Origin: a virus
Virus record (IMG/VR): IMGVR_UViG_3300023700_000001
DNA length: 64,000 bases
Reading direction: 5' to 3' (one strand)
Every line of letters starts with the position of its first letter. Within the stretch, counting starts at the first letter, position 1. The position numbers were made by a program, and so were the translations under genes. Below the pieces are notes generated by a model that did no database searches, was not told the DNA's origin, and was given only the letters and a program-made list of their open reading frames with translations. Shown in pieces: positions 15,552 to 23,249 of this stretch.

Positions 15552-15752
15552 ATGACTAATTTTGAATGTACTCTTACTCTGGTAGACCCAGCTGTAGTGG
15601 TTTCGATCGCAGAAGCGATGGGTGTTACTCTTACTCGACTAGAGGTGATCGGTGATGGACTAGTGGTCCAAGCTGTAGGAGACGACGAGTCCATCGATGA
15701 GTTCGAGGAAGAAGTATTCCAGTACGAGTGTGTCTGTATCCATAATCAATAA
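15552..15752 (+). CDS. small acidic protein, 66 aa
   Basis: Track ORF 15510..15752 begins inside the promoter. Trimmed to the ATG at 15552, with AAGGA 8 nt upstream. Confidence 0.55.
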   Translation: MTNFECTLTLVDPAVVVSIAEAMGVTLTRLEVIGDGLVVQAVGDDESIDEFEEEVFQYECVCIHNQ

Positions 15753-15756
15753 GGTG

Positions 15757-15785
15757 TTGTCTTAGTCTTGCGAGTGGTGTATAAT
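15757..15785 (+). promoter_or_regulatory. sigma70-type early promoter
   Basis: TTGTCT, 17-nt spacer, TATAAT. Confidence 0.7.
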
Positions 15786-15803
15786 CTCTCTTTTGGAGTG
15801 ATT

Positions 15804-15938
15804 ATGGACTATATCGAACTTTCAGAACTTTTAGAGTTTTTGGCCGACCTCACACTGGACGCCCCCGATTTTGAGACCGCCCGATCCGCTTTGAGCCTTC
15901 AAGTAAAACTTATGGATTACTATTTTCCGAGTCGATAA
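15804..15938 (+). CDS. small acidic protein, 44 aa
   Basis: GGAG 5 nt upstream. Translated by hand. Confidence 0.45.
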   Translation: MDYIELSELLEFLADLTLDAPDFETARSALSLQVKLMDYYFPSR

Positions 15939-15953
15939 CCTTACAGATTGTGG

Positions 15954-15970
15954 GGTCTTTCAAAAAGACC
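15954..15970 (+). terminator. stem-loop directly abutting a promoter (PeSL-like)
   Basis: GGTCTTT-caa-AAAGACC. No strong T-tract; the -35 box starts at the next base. Confidence 0.35.
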
Positions 15971-15999
15971 TTGCCTTTAATGTTGCAATCGGTAATAAT
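15971..15999 (+). promoter_or_regulatory. sigma70-type early promoter with conserved leader
   Basis: TTGCCT, 17-nt spacer, AATAAT. Leader ACTACAGTTGATTAGGA at 16001-16017. Confidence 0.65.
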
Positions 16000-16029
16000 T
16001 ACTACAGTTGATTAGGAAAAGGATTTGAG

Positions 16030-16920
16030 ATGACTACAGTGAGTTTTGACGCAGTGAGTGGTAACTACGTGGCTAAAGTGGGTTCGAAGACTATTAAGTC
16101 TTATTCTAAGGCATACGTGGAGCGCAAAGTAAAAGCCCTCGCTGGTGACATGGAACAAGCCATCGTCGTGGCCACTGAGAAGTCTAATCGTTTCGACATT
16201 AACACACGATTCGGTTTCGTTGAGAAACTGGTGACGATGGTTGCTACTGGTGTTCAGCCATCCGCTGTGATCACTGGTGAAGGCGGTCTCGGTAAGACTT
16301 ACACTGTGACTAAGACTCTTGAGACTAATGGTTACAAAGACATCACTGATCTGGCTGAGTTTGAAGTTGGTTCAATCATCAATACTCGCAAGTGTTTCAC
16401 GATGGTTAAAGGCTATAGCACTGCCAAAGGTCTCTACCGCACTCTGTTCGAGAACAACAAGTCTATCATTGTGTTCGATGACTGTGATGCTGTGTTGAAA
16501 GACCCAGTGGCTCTGAACCTGTTGAAAGGTGCTTTGGACTCTTACGGTAAACGTGTTATTAGCTGGAATGCCGATATGCGTGATGACGATCTGCCTCGTT
16601 CTTTCAACTTCGAAGGTCGTGTTATCTTCATCTCTAATATGGACCAGTCTCGTATCGACCAAGCCATTCGTAGTCGTTCGATGATGATCGACCTGTCTAT
16701 GACTCTGGATCAGAAGATCGATCGTATGGAGCACATCGCTCTCTCTGCTGAGTTCTTGCCTGAGTACGATGCTAAGACCAAGACTGATGCTCTGGCTCTG
16801 ATTCGTGAGATCAAGGACGACTGCAAGGAAGTGTCGCTCCGTACCCTTATCTCTGTTACTAAGGTTCGTGCTAGTAACAAAGACTGGAAAGACCTTGCTA
16901 CATACATGCTTACTGCATAA
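16030..16920 (+). CDS. AAA+ ATPase (RFC/clamp-loader-like motifs)
   Basis: Walker A GEGGLGKT, Walker B IIVFDDCD, sensor-1 FISN, SRC-like RSRS. Confidence 0.7.
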   Translation: MTTVSFDAVSGNYVAKVGSKTIKSYSKAYVERKVKALAGDMEQAIVVATEKSNRFDINTRFGFVEKLVTMVATGVQPSAVITGEGGLGKTYTVTKTLETNGYKDITDLAEFEVGSIINTRKCFTMVKGYSTAKGLYRTLFENNKSIIVFDDCDAVLKDPVALNLLKGALDSYGKRVISWNADMRDDDLPRSFNFEGRVIFISNMDQSRIDQAIRSRSMMIDLSMTLDQKIDRMEHIALSAEFLPEYDAKTKTDALALIREIKDDCKEVSLRTLISVTKVRASNKDWKDLATYMLTA

Positions 16921-16954
16921 TCCCCTCAGGCACGTATGGTTATCCATATAGTGC

Positions 16955-16982
16955 TTGTCGAGATTGTAAATTGCTGTATAAT
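16955..16982 (+). promoter_or_regulatory. sigma70-type early promoter
   Basis: TTGTCG, 16-nt spacer, TATAAT. The upstream CCCTCAG...GGTTATCCA box resembles the one at 4613. Confidence 0.7.
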
Positions 16983-17001
16983 AGAGCCATACTAGGAGAG
17001 A

Positions 17002-17121
17002 ATGATGCAATACGACTACGACAAAGAAAAGAGTGGATTCATGAATACTTTGTGTGCTATTGCGTTTGGTCTTGGTGAAGCTGTTATTTGTGGTATAATT
17101 GCTGTAATTACTGGAGAATGA
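17002..17121 (+). CDS. micro membrane protein, 39 aa
   Basis: AGGAG 6 nt upstream. Hydrophobic C-terminal half. Translated by hand. Confidence 0.4.
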   Translation: MMQYDYDKEKSGFMNTLCAIAFGLGEAVICGIIAVITGE

Positions 17122-17279
17122 TGATGATTCGTGCGATTGTTGGATTTATGATGGTTTTTGGTGCAGTTGGTGGCATGGACAATGGTAGCGACGAACAGCT
17201 GCTAGGATTGGTCTTGGTGGCTATTGGTGGATTGATGATTATGGCTGCTGGTGTGAATAAAATCACGATGCGAGGATGA
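17118..17279 (+). CDS. small membrane protein, 53 aa (2 TM)
   Basis: Track ORF 17088..17279 trimmed to the ATG at 17118 (ATGA overlap). Confidence 0.5.
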   Translation: MMMIRAIVGFMMVFGAVGGMDNGSDEQLLGLVLVAIGGLMIMAAGVNKITMRG

Positions 17280-17428
17280 AAATCTGTATTGAAGGGACTC
17301 CTCCCCTTCTGCCTAAAACCCGATACAACCCCTCCCCTCTTTTTCTAAGCGTATTGGTTTCAGTTGCTCGAAAAAATGCGCCCGAGAAATTTTTTGTGTG
17401 AAAACCCTTTTGTACTAAGGAATTAACT

Positions 17429-17602
17429 ATGTCAACCTTCTCTCTGATCCAAGCCGAATATATTCATCAGGCTAAACTGGCTCGTCGTCGTGCCCGTCGT
17501 AGCGCACGCAAGGAATCCTTGGAGATACTTACTGCTCTTAAAGCTGCATCTCCTCGACTGAATTCTAAGGAATTTCAGGCTCTCTTCAATAAAATGGTCT
17601 AA
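17429..17602 (+). CDS. small basic protein, 57 aa
   Basis: AAGGA 7 nt upstream. Translated by hand. Preferred over the antisense track ORF 17432..17629. Confidence 0.45.
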   Translation: MSTFSLIQAEYIHQAKLARRRARRSARKESLEILTALKAASPRLNSKEFQALFNKMV

Positions 17603-17611
17603 GGATTCACT

Positions 17612-17692
17612 ATGATTCACTATATTCATTGCTTTGTTCTTGGCGTATTCGTTGGTGTTAATCTAATGTTTTTCTTGGTGGTATTAAAATGA
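17612..17692 (+). CDS. micro membrane peptide, 26 aa
   Basis: AAGGA upstream. ATGA overlap downstream. Entirely hydrophobic. Confidence 0.3.
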   Translation: MIHYIHCFVLGVFVGVNLMFFLVVLK

Positions 17693-17811
17693 ACGACGAA
17701 GATGTTGAGGTCACTATACCCAAAGAGCAGATCGAGTTAATGCTGTTACAGGCTAATATCGAACTAATCCAGAAGGTTGCTAAACTCATTGAATTACTGG
17801 AGAAGAAATGA
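17689..17811 (+). CDS. micro-ORF, 40 aa
   Basis: ATGA overlaps on both sides. Confidence 0.4.
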   Translation: MNDEDVEVTIPKEQIELMLLQANIELIQKVAKLIELLEKK

Positions 17812-18080
17812 AGCAAGTTCATATTGATTGTTTTGAAGTGTATGAGTCTTACGATCGAGACTCTACTCATGTGGGATACTTTGACACTGAGGTTCTGGCT
17901 AATCAGTTCATTAGTTCTCACAAGAATAAGAACTACTTCGGTAAGACTCGTATTCGTAAAAATTTCGTTATCTTCGAGAGTATGCAAGATGTAATCGAGT
18001 ATTCTCAGGAGAATCTTCGTAAGAGTGGTCTGGCTAAACTGACGGATCTGGAAAAGGTTGCTTTGGGCATTAAGGGTTAA
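17808..18080 (+). CDS. hypothetical protein
   Basis: ORF track. Confidence 0.6.
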   Translation: MKQVHIDCFEVYESYDRDSTHVGYFDTEVLANQFISSHKNKNYFGKTRIRKNFVIFESMQDVIEYSQENLRKSGLAKLTDLEKVALGIKG

Positions 18081-18081
18081 T

Positions 18082-18321
18082 ATGAATACACATGAACTAG
18101 CTAAAATTTTGCTCTCCCGTCCAGATATGGAGATTGTACTTCAGAAGGATGCTGAGGCTAATGGATTCAATGAATTCCGTGGTGCAGACTTTGATGCAGT
18201 CTATGATAGGAATAATCGTGAAGCGTATCCTCGAGACTGGACTGCCGATGATGTGGATATGGAAGAGGATGAGTGGGAAGCTATAAAGGCTTCGACTCCT
18301 GTGGTAATTTTTTATCCCTAG
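18082..18321 (+). CDS. hypothetical acidic protein
   Basis: Track ORF trimmed to the ATG at 18082, just after the upstream TAA. Confidence 0.6.
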   Translation: MNTHELAKILLSRPDMEIVLQKDAEANGFNEFRGADFDAVYDRNNREAYPRDWTADDVDMEEDEWEAIKASTPVVIFYP

Positions 18322-18329
18322 GATATAAT

Positions 18330-18506
18330 ATGCAAGGACATAACTTTAACCGCAAGCTGCATACAGTGGGGATGTTTCTCTACTGCGGTAAGTGTGGATT
18401 AGTTCGACTTGGTAATAAAGCCACTGCGAAGGCGATTAACAAGGGTTGTGATGGTGCTCGAGATCTAGATGATGAGCAATATTTAAAGTTGAAAGGTAAG
18501 AAATAA
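18330..18506 (+). CDS. small Cys-containing protein, 58 aa
   Basis: Track ORF 18273..18506 trimmed to the ATG at 18330. Confidence 0.5.
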   Translation: MQGHNFNRKLHTVGMFLYCGKCGLVRLGNKATAKAINKGCDGARDLDDEQYLKLKGKK

Positions 18507-18637
18507 TGGACTGGGCTATTGGAGTAATTATTGTGGCTTTCTGTCTCGGTATCATCTATGGTGCTGTGTATGGATGGTTGTTCTTTGGTGCTATGTGTAT
18601 GCTCACAGCTATAATTGAAGGGATAGTTGGAAAATGA
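18506..18637 (+). CDS. micro membrane protein, 43 aa
   Basis: TAATG overlap. Two hydrophobic segments. Translated by hand. Confidence 0.4.
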   Translation: MDWAIGVIIVAFCLGIIYGAVYGWLFFGAMCMLTAIIEGIVGK

Positions 18638-18720
18638 GAGAATTAAACGTATTCCTGATTTTGATGGCGTCAAACCTGTTCGCCCAATTTTTTACCTCGG
18701 AGAGATATGAGTTGCACTAG
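18634..18720 (+). CDS. micro membrane peptide, 28 aa
   Basis: ATGA overlap. Confidence 0.3.
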   Translation: MRELNVFLILMASNLFAQFFTSERYELH

Positions 18721-18793
18721 AACGATCGTACTGGGAAGGTATCGCTCTCTTGACCTATTGGATCTGTAAGAAAATTGATGAAAGAACTACATT

Positions 18794-18973
18794 ATGAATC
18801 CCACCCATGCTGAATTGATGGCTCTCTGGAAAGTTTGTAAAGACTTTATTGAGACTCAACAAGTGTCCTGTGAAGAGTGCTGTTGTGAAGATCGAGTCTA
18901 TGAAGAGGCTCCTAACCTAGTGGCAGATATTGGTAATGTTGTAGGGTACTATGAGTATCCAGAGGATGAGTAA
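18794..18973 (+). CDS. small acidic Cys-rich protein, 59 aa
   Basis: Translated by hand. TAATG overlap downstream. Confidence 0.45.
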   Translation: MNPTHAELMALWKVCKDFIETQQVSCEECCCEDRVYEEAPNLVADIGNVVGYYEYPEDE

Positions 18974-19152
18974 TGAGTAACGATGGGATGACTGTATTAT
19001 TCTGGCTCTTCATCGGAGTTCTGGGTATGTTCGTGGGCTCTCTTGTTGGAGTCTATCTTGATAATGGTTCTGTAAGTCCAGATTGTTGGATTGGTCTTGC
19101 AGTTGTGTGGGGTCTACCCTTTTGCGGTTGTATTGGAGATGTCGATGTCTAA
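18973..19152 (+). CDS. small membrane protein, 59 aa
   Basis: Two TM segments. Translated by hand. Confidence 0.45.
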   Translation: MSNDGMTVLFWLFIGVLGMFVGSLVGVYLDNGSVSPDCWIGLAVVWGLPFCGCIGDVDV

Positions 19153-19702
19153 AAAAGTTCCTGATCAAATTTACGTGGTTTCTCAGAAGAGGGTTGAAAA
19201 CGAATATCCTGTACCTGGAAATTGGGCGATCAAAAACGAGATCGAGCATAATTTCGGTTTCCTCCATCCACATGAGCCTAACAAGGCTACGGATGCCAAG
19301 CGTAAGAGCACTCAGCATAGTTGGGCTTATGATGGGTACTATGAGAAGAATGGTGAGCCATGGGAGAAGGGTTCTGAGTGGAAATATACTCCAAACACAC
19401 CTAATGCCAATGGTCATCCCTACACTGTTGTAAACTACGATCGTCCCATCGATAAGTTGTATGCACCCAAGATTTGGGATAACGTTCCAGTGGAAGGTTT
19501 CAAGATTATTGATACAGTGAATCGCTATCGTGGTAATAAGCTGTTCAAGGTTTTGGATCCTCGTGGTGTAGAGTTCGAGATTACAGTGCAGTCGTTGTTC
19601 CATTTGCTGCAAGAAGGTACTGTACGAAATGGTGTCATCCTCGACGAATGTGTCTGGATGAAAGGTAAAGATCTAGTTGTTGCGCGGAGTCTAATTCGAT
19701 GA
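19145..19702 (+). CDS. hypothetical protein
   Basis: Track ORF 19091..19702 trimmed to the ATG at 19145 (GGAG 6 nt upstream). Confidence 0.65.
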   Translation: MSKKVPDQIYVVSQKRVENEYPVPGNWAIKNEIEHNFGFLHPHEPNKATDAKRKSTQHSWAYDGYYEKNGEPWEKGSEWKYTPNTPNANGHPYTVVNYDRPIDKLYAPKIWDNVPVEGFKIIDTVNRYRGNKLFKVLDPRGVEFEITVQSLFHLLQEGTVRNGVILDECVWMKGKDLVVARSLIR

Positions 19703-19854
19703 GAAATTTAGTAATTGAACGTATCAGTGAATTGATGCGAGAGTATCCAGATCTAATGGTGGAGTTGGATATCTCTCCTAACGAGTTGGATGAATTGTCC
19801 AATTCCGAATTACTAGAACTGTTGATCGAAGCTGTGGAGATACTGTGTGAGTGA
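19699..19854 (+). CDS. small acidic protein, 51 aa
   Basis: ATGA overlap. Translated by hand. Confidence 0.45.
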   Translation: MRNLVIERISELMREYPDLMVELDISPNELDELSNSELLELLIEAVEILCE

Positions 19855-19864
19855 AGCTAACTTT

Positions 19865-19951
19865 ATGGGCTGGGTAGTTGCATTGGCTCTTGTAGCCACA
19901 GGCAATCCAGGTCTGGCATTAATACTTGCCTTTATTCTTCTTTTAGACTAA
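19865..19951 (+). CDS. micro membrane peptide, 28 aa
   Basis: Hydrophobic. Translated by hand. Confidence 0.3.
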   Translation: MGWVVALALVATGNPGLALILAFILLLD

Positions 19952-19960
19952 AATATACAT

Positions 19961-20101
19961 ATGACTGACGAAGAAGCATTGGCCAAGTATGAGGCTATGG
20001 AAGAATACTTTGGTGAACTGCCAAACTTCGAACATCATCCTCGACAATTTGCGTACTATGTGCGCATGTTCGACTATTACAACAGGAAAGAAACAGAATG
20101 A
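19961..20101 (+). CDS. small protein, 46 aa
   Basis: ATGA overlap with the downstream metallophosphoesterase gene. Confidence 0.45.
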   Translation: MTDEEALAKYEAMEEYFGELPNFEHHPRQFAYYVRMFDYYNRKETE

Positions 20102-21030
20102 AAATCGGTGTGTGTTCAGACCTACATCTAGAGTTTGGTGACCTTAACATCAAGAACGAAGACAACGTGGATGTACTCATCTTGTCTGGGGATATCCTTG
20201 TCGAACGTGATTTGGATATGTACGATCGTCGTCAAGAAGAGATGGGTTTTGCGCGCGCACGTTCTCAACGTTTCCATGACTTTTTCAATCGTGTTTGTTT
20301 CCAGTTCCCTCACGTAGTCTACGTTGCAGGTAATCACGAACATTATCATGGCGACTTTAAATTCACTCTAAATGAATTGAAGCGTAAGCTGGCGCATCAC
20401 ACTAATCTTCACATCTTGGATCGTGAAGTGTTTGATCTTGGCGATGTTCGTTTCATCGGTTCTACTCTGTGGACTGATATGAACAAAGAAGACCCACTCA
20501 CGTTGCATGCGATGAAGCGTATGATGAATGATTTCCGTTGCGTGGAAAACAGCAATCGTGAAGTCAGCTATCGTACAGAAGTTCTCAAAGACAAACCAGT
20601 TGGAATGACTGACGAAGAATTCCAAGCCTTACCTGCAGAACAGAGACTAAAAACTGTGTTCAAAACTCGCACTGCAACCTTCTGTCCAGAAGATGCAGTT
20701 GAAGAACACAAGAAGTGTTTGGATTACATCAGCTTTATGGTTTCTGAGACTCCACCTTGGAAGTCTGTTGTGGTCGTTGGTCATCACACTCCATCTCATA
20801 CGTCTTGCCATCCTCGCTATAAGGATGACCAAGTAATGAATGGTGGATACCATAGCGACTTGTCTGAGTTTATCTTGGATCGTCCAGCTATCAAGTTGTG
20901 GACTCATGGCCACACCCATGAAGCATTTGATTATATGATTGGTGATACTCGTATCGTGTGTAATCCTCGTGGATACATCGGACACGAAGAGATCGCTGAT
21001 AACTTTAAATTGAAAGTAGTAGAAGTATGA
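20098..21030 (+). CDS. metallophosphoesterase (calcineurin-like)
   Basis: CSDLHLE, SGD, GNHEH, GHH and HGHTH motifs in the canonical order. Confidence 0.75.
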   Translation: MKIGVCSDLHLEFGDLNIKNEDNVDVLILSGDILVERDLDMYDRRQEEMGFARARSQRFHDFFNRVCFQFPHVVYVAGNHEHYHGDFKFTLNELKRKLAHHTNLHILDREVFDLGDVRFIGSTLWTDMNKEDPLTLHAMKRMMNDFRCVENSNREVSYRTEVLKDKPVGMTDEEFQALPAEQRLKTVFKTRTATFCPEDAVEEHKKCLDYISFMVSETPPWKSVVVVGHHTPSHTSCHPRYKDDQVMNGGYHSDLSEFILDRPAIKLWTHGHTHEAFDYMIGDTRIVCNPRGYIGHEEIADNFKLKVVEV

Positions 21031-21218
21031 GTGCAATCAAACTAGTCTCTGAGTATATCGGAGAAGAAAACAATCGTAGCGCCAGCGTTTATAAAGACTT
21101 GGAGACTAAAGAATATAAAGTCTCTATTCGAAATGAAGCTGGTACTTATTTTACTGCAACATTTGATGTGATTGATGACGCTGAAGATTATGCAGAGAAC
21201 TGGGTACTTGGAAAATGA
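21027..21218 (+). CDS. hypothetical protein
   Basis: ORF track; ATGA overlap. Confidence 0.6.
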   Translation: MSAIKLVSEYIGEENNRSASVYKDLETKEYKVSIRNEAGTYFTATFDVIDDAEDYAENWVLGK

Positions 21219-21547
21219 GTACATATAATCCAGATCGTTGGATGGTTGTATCTATTACCAATAATGCTAAAACTCACTATCGTGTTTTTGGTTCTTGGGG
21301 TGGTGGATATCTCAATGGCGACTCATGGAAATTAAACTCAGGTATTACTAAGGCTACTCTCGTTGATGGTGTATATCATTTCGAGGGTAGTTCTGGTTCT
21401 GTATATGAATGCCGTGAGCGTTCTTATGGAGCCACTGGTTATACTTGGGGTATTCTCGATGGTATGATTAAACGCGCTGCAGATGAGGGTGCTCTTATTC
21501 AGATTCTTGAGGAAGACACAGACTTCTTAGAGTTACCATATGAATGA
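21215..21547 (+). CDS. hypothetical protein
   Basis: ORF track; ATGA overlap. Confidence 0.65.
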   Translation: MSTYNPDRWMVVSITNNAKTHYRVFGSWGGGYLNGDSWKLNSGITKATLVDGVYHFEGSSGSVYECRERSYGATGYTWGILDGMIKRAADEGALIQILEEDTDFLELPYE

Positions 21548-21581
21548 TAGATAAGAAAGTATCATTCACTTGGAAGCCACT

Positions 21582-21725
21582 ATGAAACAACTTGAGTTAA
21601 AACTCGACGACATCGAAGAAGCCGTTCTTGCTTTGATGATTCGTATTAACCGACTAGAACACGAAAACGAAAACCTAAGGCAAGAAAACAAAGAGTTGCG
21701 ATGGCGACTAATTGAACAGGATTAA
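21582..21725 (+). CDS. small coiled-coil protein, 47 aa
   Basis: Heptad Leu pattern. Translated by hand. Confidence 0.45.
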   Translation: MKQLELKLDDIEEAVLALMIRINRLEHENENLRQENKELRWRLIEQD

Positions 21726-21729
21726 AATT

Positions 21730-22104
21730 ATGAGCAAAACATTCACAGACGTATCAGTATTTCTCTCTGCAGTTGGCCAACAAGTGCCAGTAAAACCTAT
21801 CGGTGAGACTGATCAATCAAAATTATACAAAAAACTCATCGATGAAGAGTATCATGAGTTCTTAGAAGCCTTCTACACTGATGATACTGTTGAAGAAATT
21901 GATGCTTGCTTCGATATGATGTGGGTTATCATCGGATATATGAAATCACGTGGTTGGGATTGTGAAAATATCTGGGACGAAGGTGCAAAATCCAATTTAT
22001 CCAAGATTGACCCTGTTACTGGGCTTGTTCGTCGTCGTGAAGACGGTAAAATTCTGAAACCAGAAGGTTGGAAACCACCAGATTTTACAAAATTCGTGAA
22101 ATAA
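21730..22104 (+). CDS. MazG-like nucleotide pyrophosphohydrolase
   Basis: Acidic helix pairs EEYHEFLEA and EEIDACFD. C-terminal GKILKPEGWKPPDF as in all-alpha NTP-PPases. Start trimmed to the ATG at 21730 (AGGA upstream). Confidence 0.6.
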   Translation: MSKTFTDVSVFLSAVGQQVPVKPIGETDQSKLYKKLIDEEYHEFLEAFYTDDTVEEIDACFDMMWVIIGYMKSRGWDCENIWDEGAKSNLSKIDPVTGLVRRREDGKILKPEGWKPPDFTKFVK

Positions 22105-22140
22105 GTTGAATTTTTGTGAAATTTGAAGTAAAATAACATT

Positions 22141-22644
22141 ATGATTACACTTTATCTTGATATGGACGGTGTCCTTGCCGATTTTCACAAGGAATATGAC
22201 AAATTTGACCCGAATCGTGATGATCGAAAGAAATTTCGAGCCTCTGTTCTGGATCATCACATCTTTGAGAAGCTGGATTTTATGCCAGACACTCAAGAAT
22301 TGTTGAATCACGTGTCAAAACTGCAAGGAATCAACATTGAGATTCTAACATCAATGGGCACACATGACCCATTTCAAGGTGATGCTGCTAAAATGCAAAA
22401 ATTGAAGTGGCTCAACGCTAAAAACATCCCATACAAAGCAAATTTCGTTCGCAGTAAAGAAGAAAAGGCTCAATACGCCACTCCAACTTCTATTCTTATT
22501 GACGATTCAATTGGTTGTATTACTCCTTTTAAAGAAGCTGGTGGTTATGGTATTCTTCATACGAATGCTAAAGATACCATCGATCAATTAAACTCTATAT
22601 TGAAGCAAATTCTTACGTTAGAAGTATTGCGTAAACACTCATGA
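22141..22644 (+). CDS. HAD-family 5'(3')-deoxyribonucleotidase-like protein
   Basis: N-terminal DMDGVLADF (HAD motif I). Size and layout match this family. Confidence 0.6.
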   Translation: MITLYLDMDGVLADFHKEYDKFDPNRDDRKKFRASVLDHHIFEKLDFMPDTQELLNHVSKLQGINIEILTSMGTHDPFQGDAAKMQKLKWLNAKNIPYKANFVRSKEEKAQYATPTSILIDDSIGCITPFKEAGGYGILHTNAKDTIDQLNSILKQILTLEVLRKHS

Positions 22645-22928
22645 ACGATATTTTCATAAACACTTTAGCTTGGATCAAAGATGATTATAAAAGCCACCCT
22701 GTTCGATTTATTATTGAGTTGCTTGCTTGGGCTATTAGCATTGGCTGCAGTATCACGATGGCAGTCACAGTCCCCAATCCTCCTCTTCTTGTACTATATC
22801 CTATCTGGATTAGTGGCTGTGCTCTTTATGCTTGGGCTGCTTACACTAGGAAATCATTTGGGATGTTGGCTAACTACATCTTGCTAACAAGTATTGACAC
22901 AATCGGATTATTGAGAATGGTTTTATAA
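22641..22928 (+). CDS. membrane protein (3 TM)
   Basis: ORF track; ATGA overlap; hydrophobic. Confidence 0.6.
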   Translation: MNDIFINTLAWIKDDYKSHPVRFIIELLAWAISIGCSITMAVTVPNPPLLVLYPIWISGCALYAWAAYTRKSFGMLANYILLTSIDTIGLLRMVL

Positions 22929-23218
22929 TGCAATTATCTTTAAACACTAAACAAATTTTTGTAACACCCCCAACTCCTGCAGTTCCACCTGCAATGCCTG
23001 TGCAGTTTGTTAAACCTTTGTCTTATGAATTTCGTGTTGCAGAACATTTAGACGATAATAATAATGTTGAACGTGTTGGTCTGCAAGTTCAAATTCACGA
23101 ACATGATGAATATGGAGTACCTATTCTGCGTATAGGATGGGTAGATGTACCTCGTGTTAAATTGAAAAATAGTGTCATCTGGATTCCACCTGTAACAGAC
23201 TTAGGTACAACCCCTTGA
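22928..23218 (+). CDS. hypothetical protein
   Basis: ORF track; TAATG overlap. Confidence 0.6.
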   Translation: MQLSLNTKQIFVTPPTPAVPPAMPVQFVKPLSYEFRVAEHLDDNNNVERVGLQVQIHEHDEYGVPILRIGWVDVPRVKLKNSVIWIPPVTDLGTTP

Positions 23219-23243
23219 CTTTTTTGCAGAGTTGTAGTATAAT
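23215..23243 (+). promoter_or_regulatory. near-consensus sigma70 promoter
   Basis: TTGACT, 17-nt spacer, TATAAT. The ATG at 23250 is the 7th nt after the -10 box. Confidence 0.7.
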
Positions 23244-23249
23244 TATACT

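Noticed and set aside
15170-15694. 174-aa minus-strand ORF
   Set aside because: It spans a + strand gene, a strong TTGACT-17-TATACT promoter and part of the next gene. It is Ser/Thr/Arg-rich shadow sequence.
16372-17010. 212-aa minus-strand ORF
   Set aside because: It is antisense to the well-supported AAA+ ATPase gene and runs across the 16955 promoter. Its composition is odd and it has no motifs. It is typical of a shadow ORF.
17432-17987. Minus-strand ORFs 17432..17629 and 17658..17987
   Set aside because: The + strand offers an SD-preceded 57-aa ORF followed by ATGA-coupled ORFs that match the genome's architecture. The minus-strand ORFs lack starts with an SD and oppose the uniform transcription direction.
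18750-18793. TTGACC plus an AAATTGATG...CTACA segment as an active promoter
   Set aside because: The -10 position reads AAAGAA and the spacing to TTGACC is about 25 nt. It looks like a decayed copy of the cassette promoter rather than a functional one.
19010-19612. 200-aa minus-strand ORF
   Set aside because: It is antisense to a coherent chain of + strand genes (18973..19152, 19145..19702) that are joined by overlaps and carry an SD. The sequence looks random.
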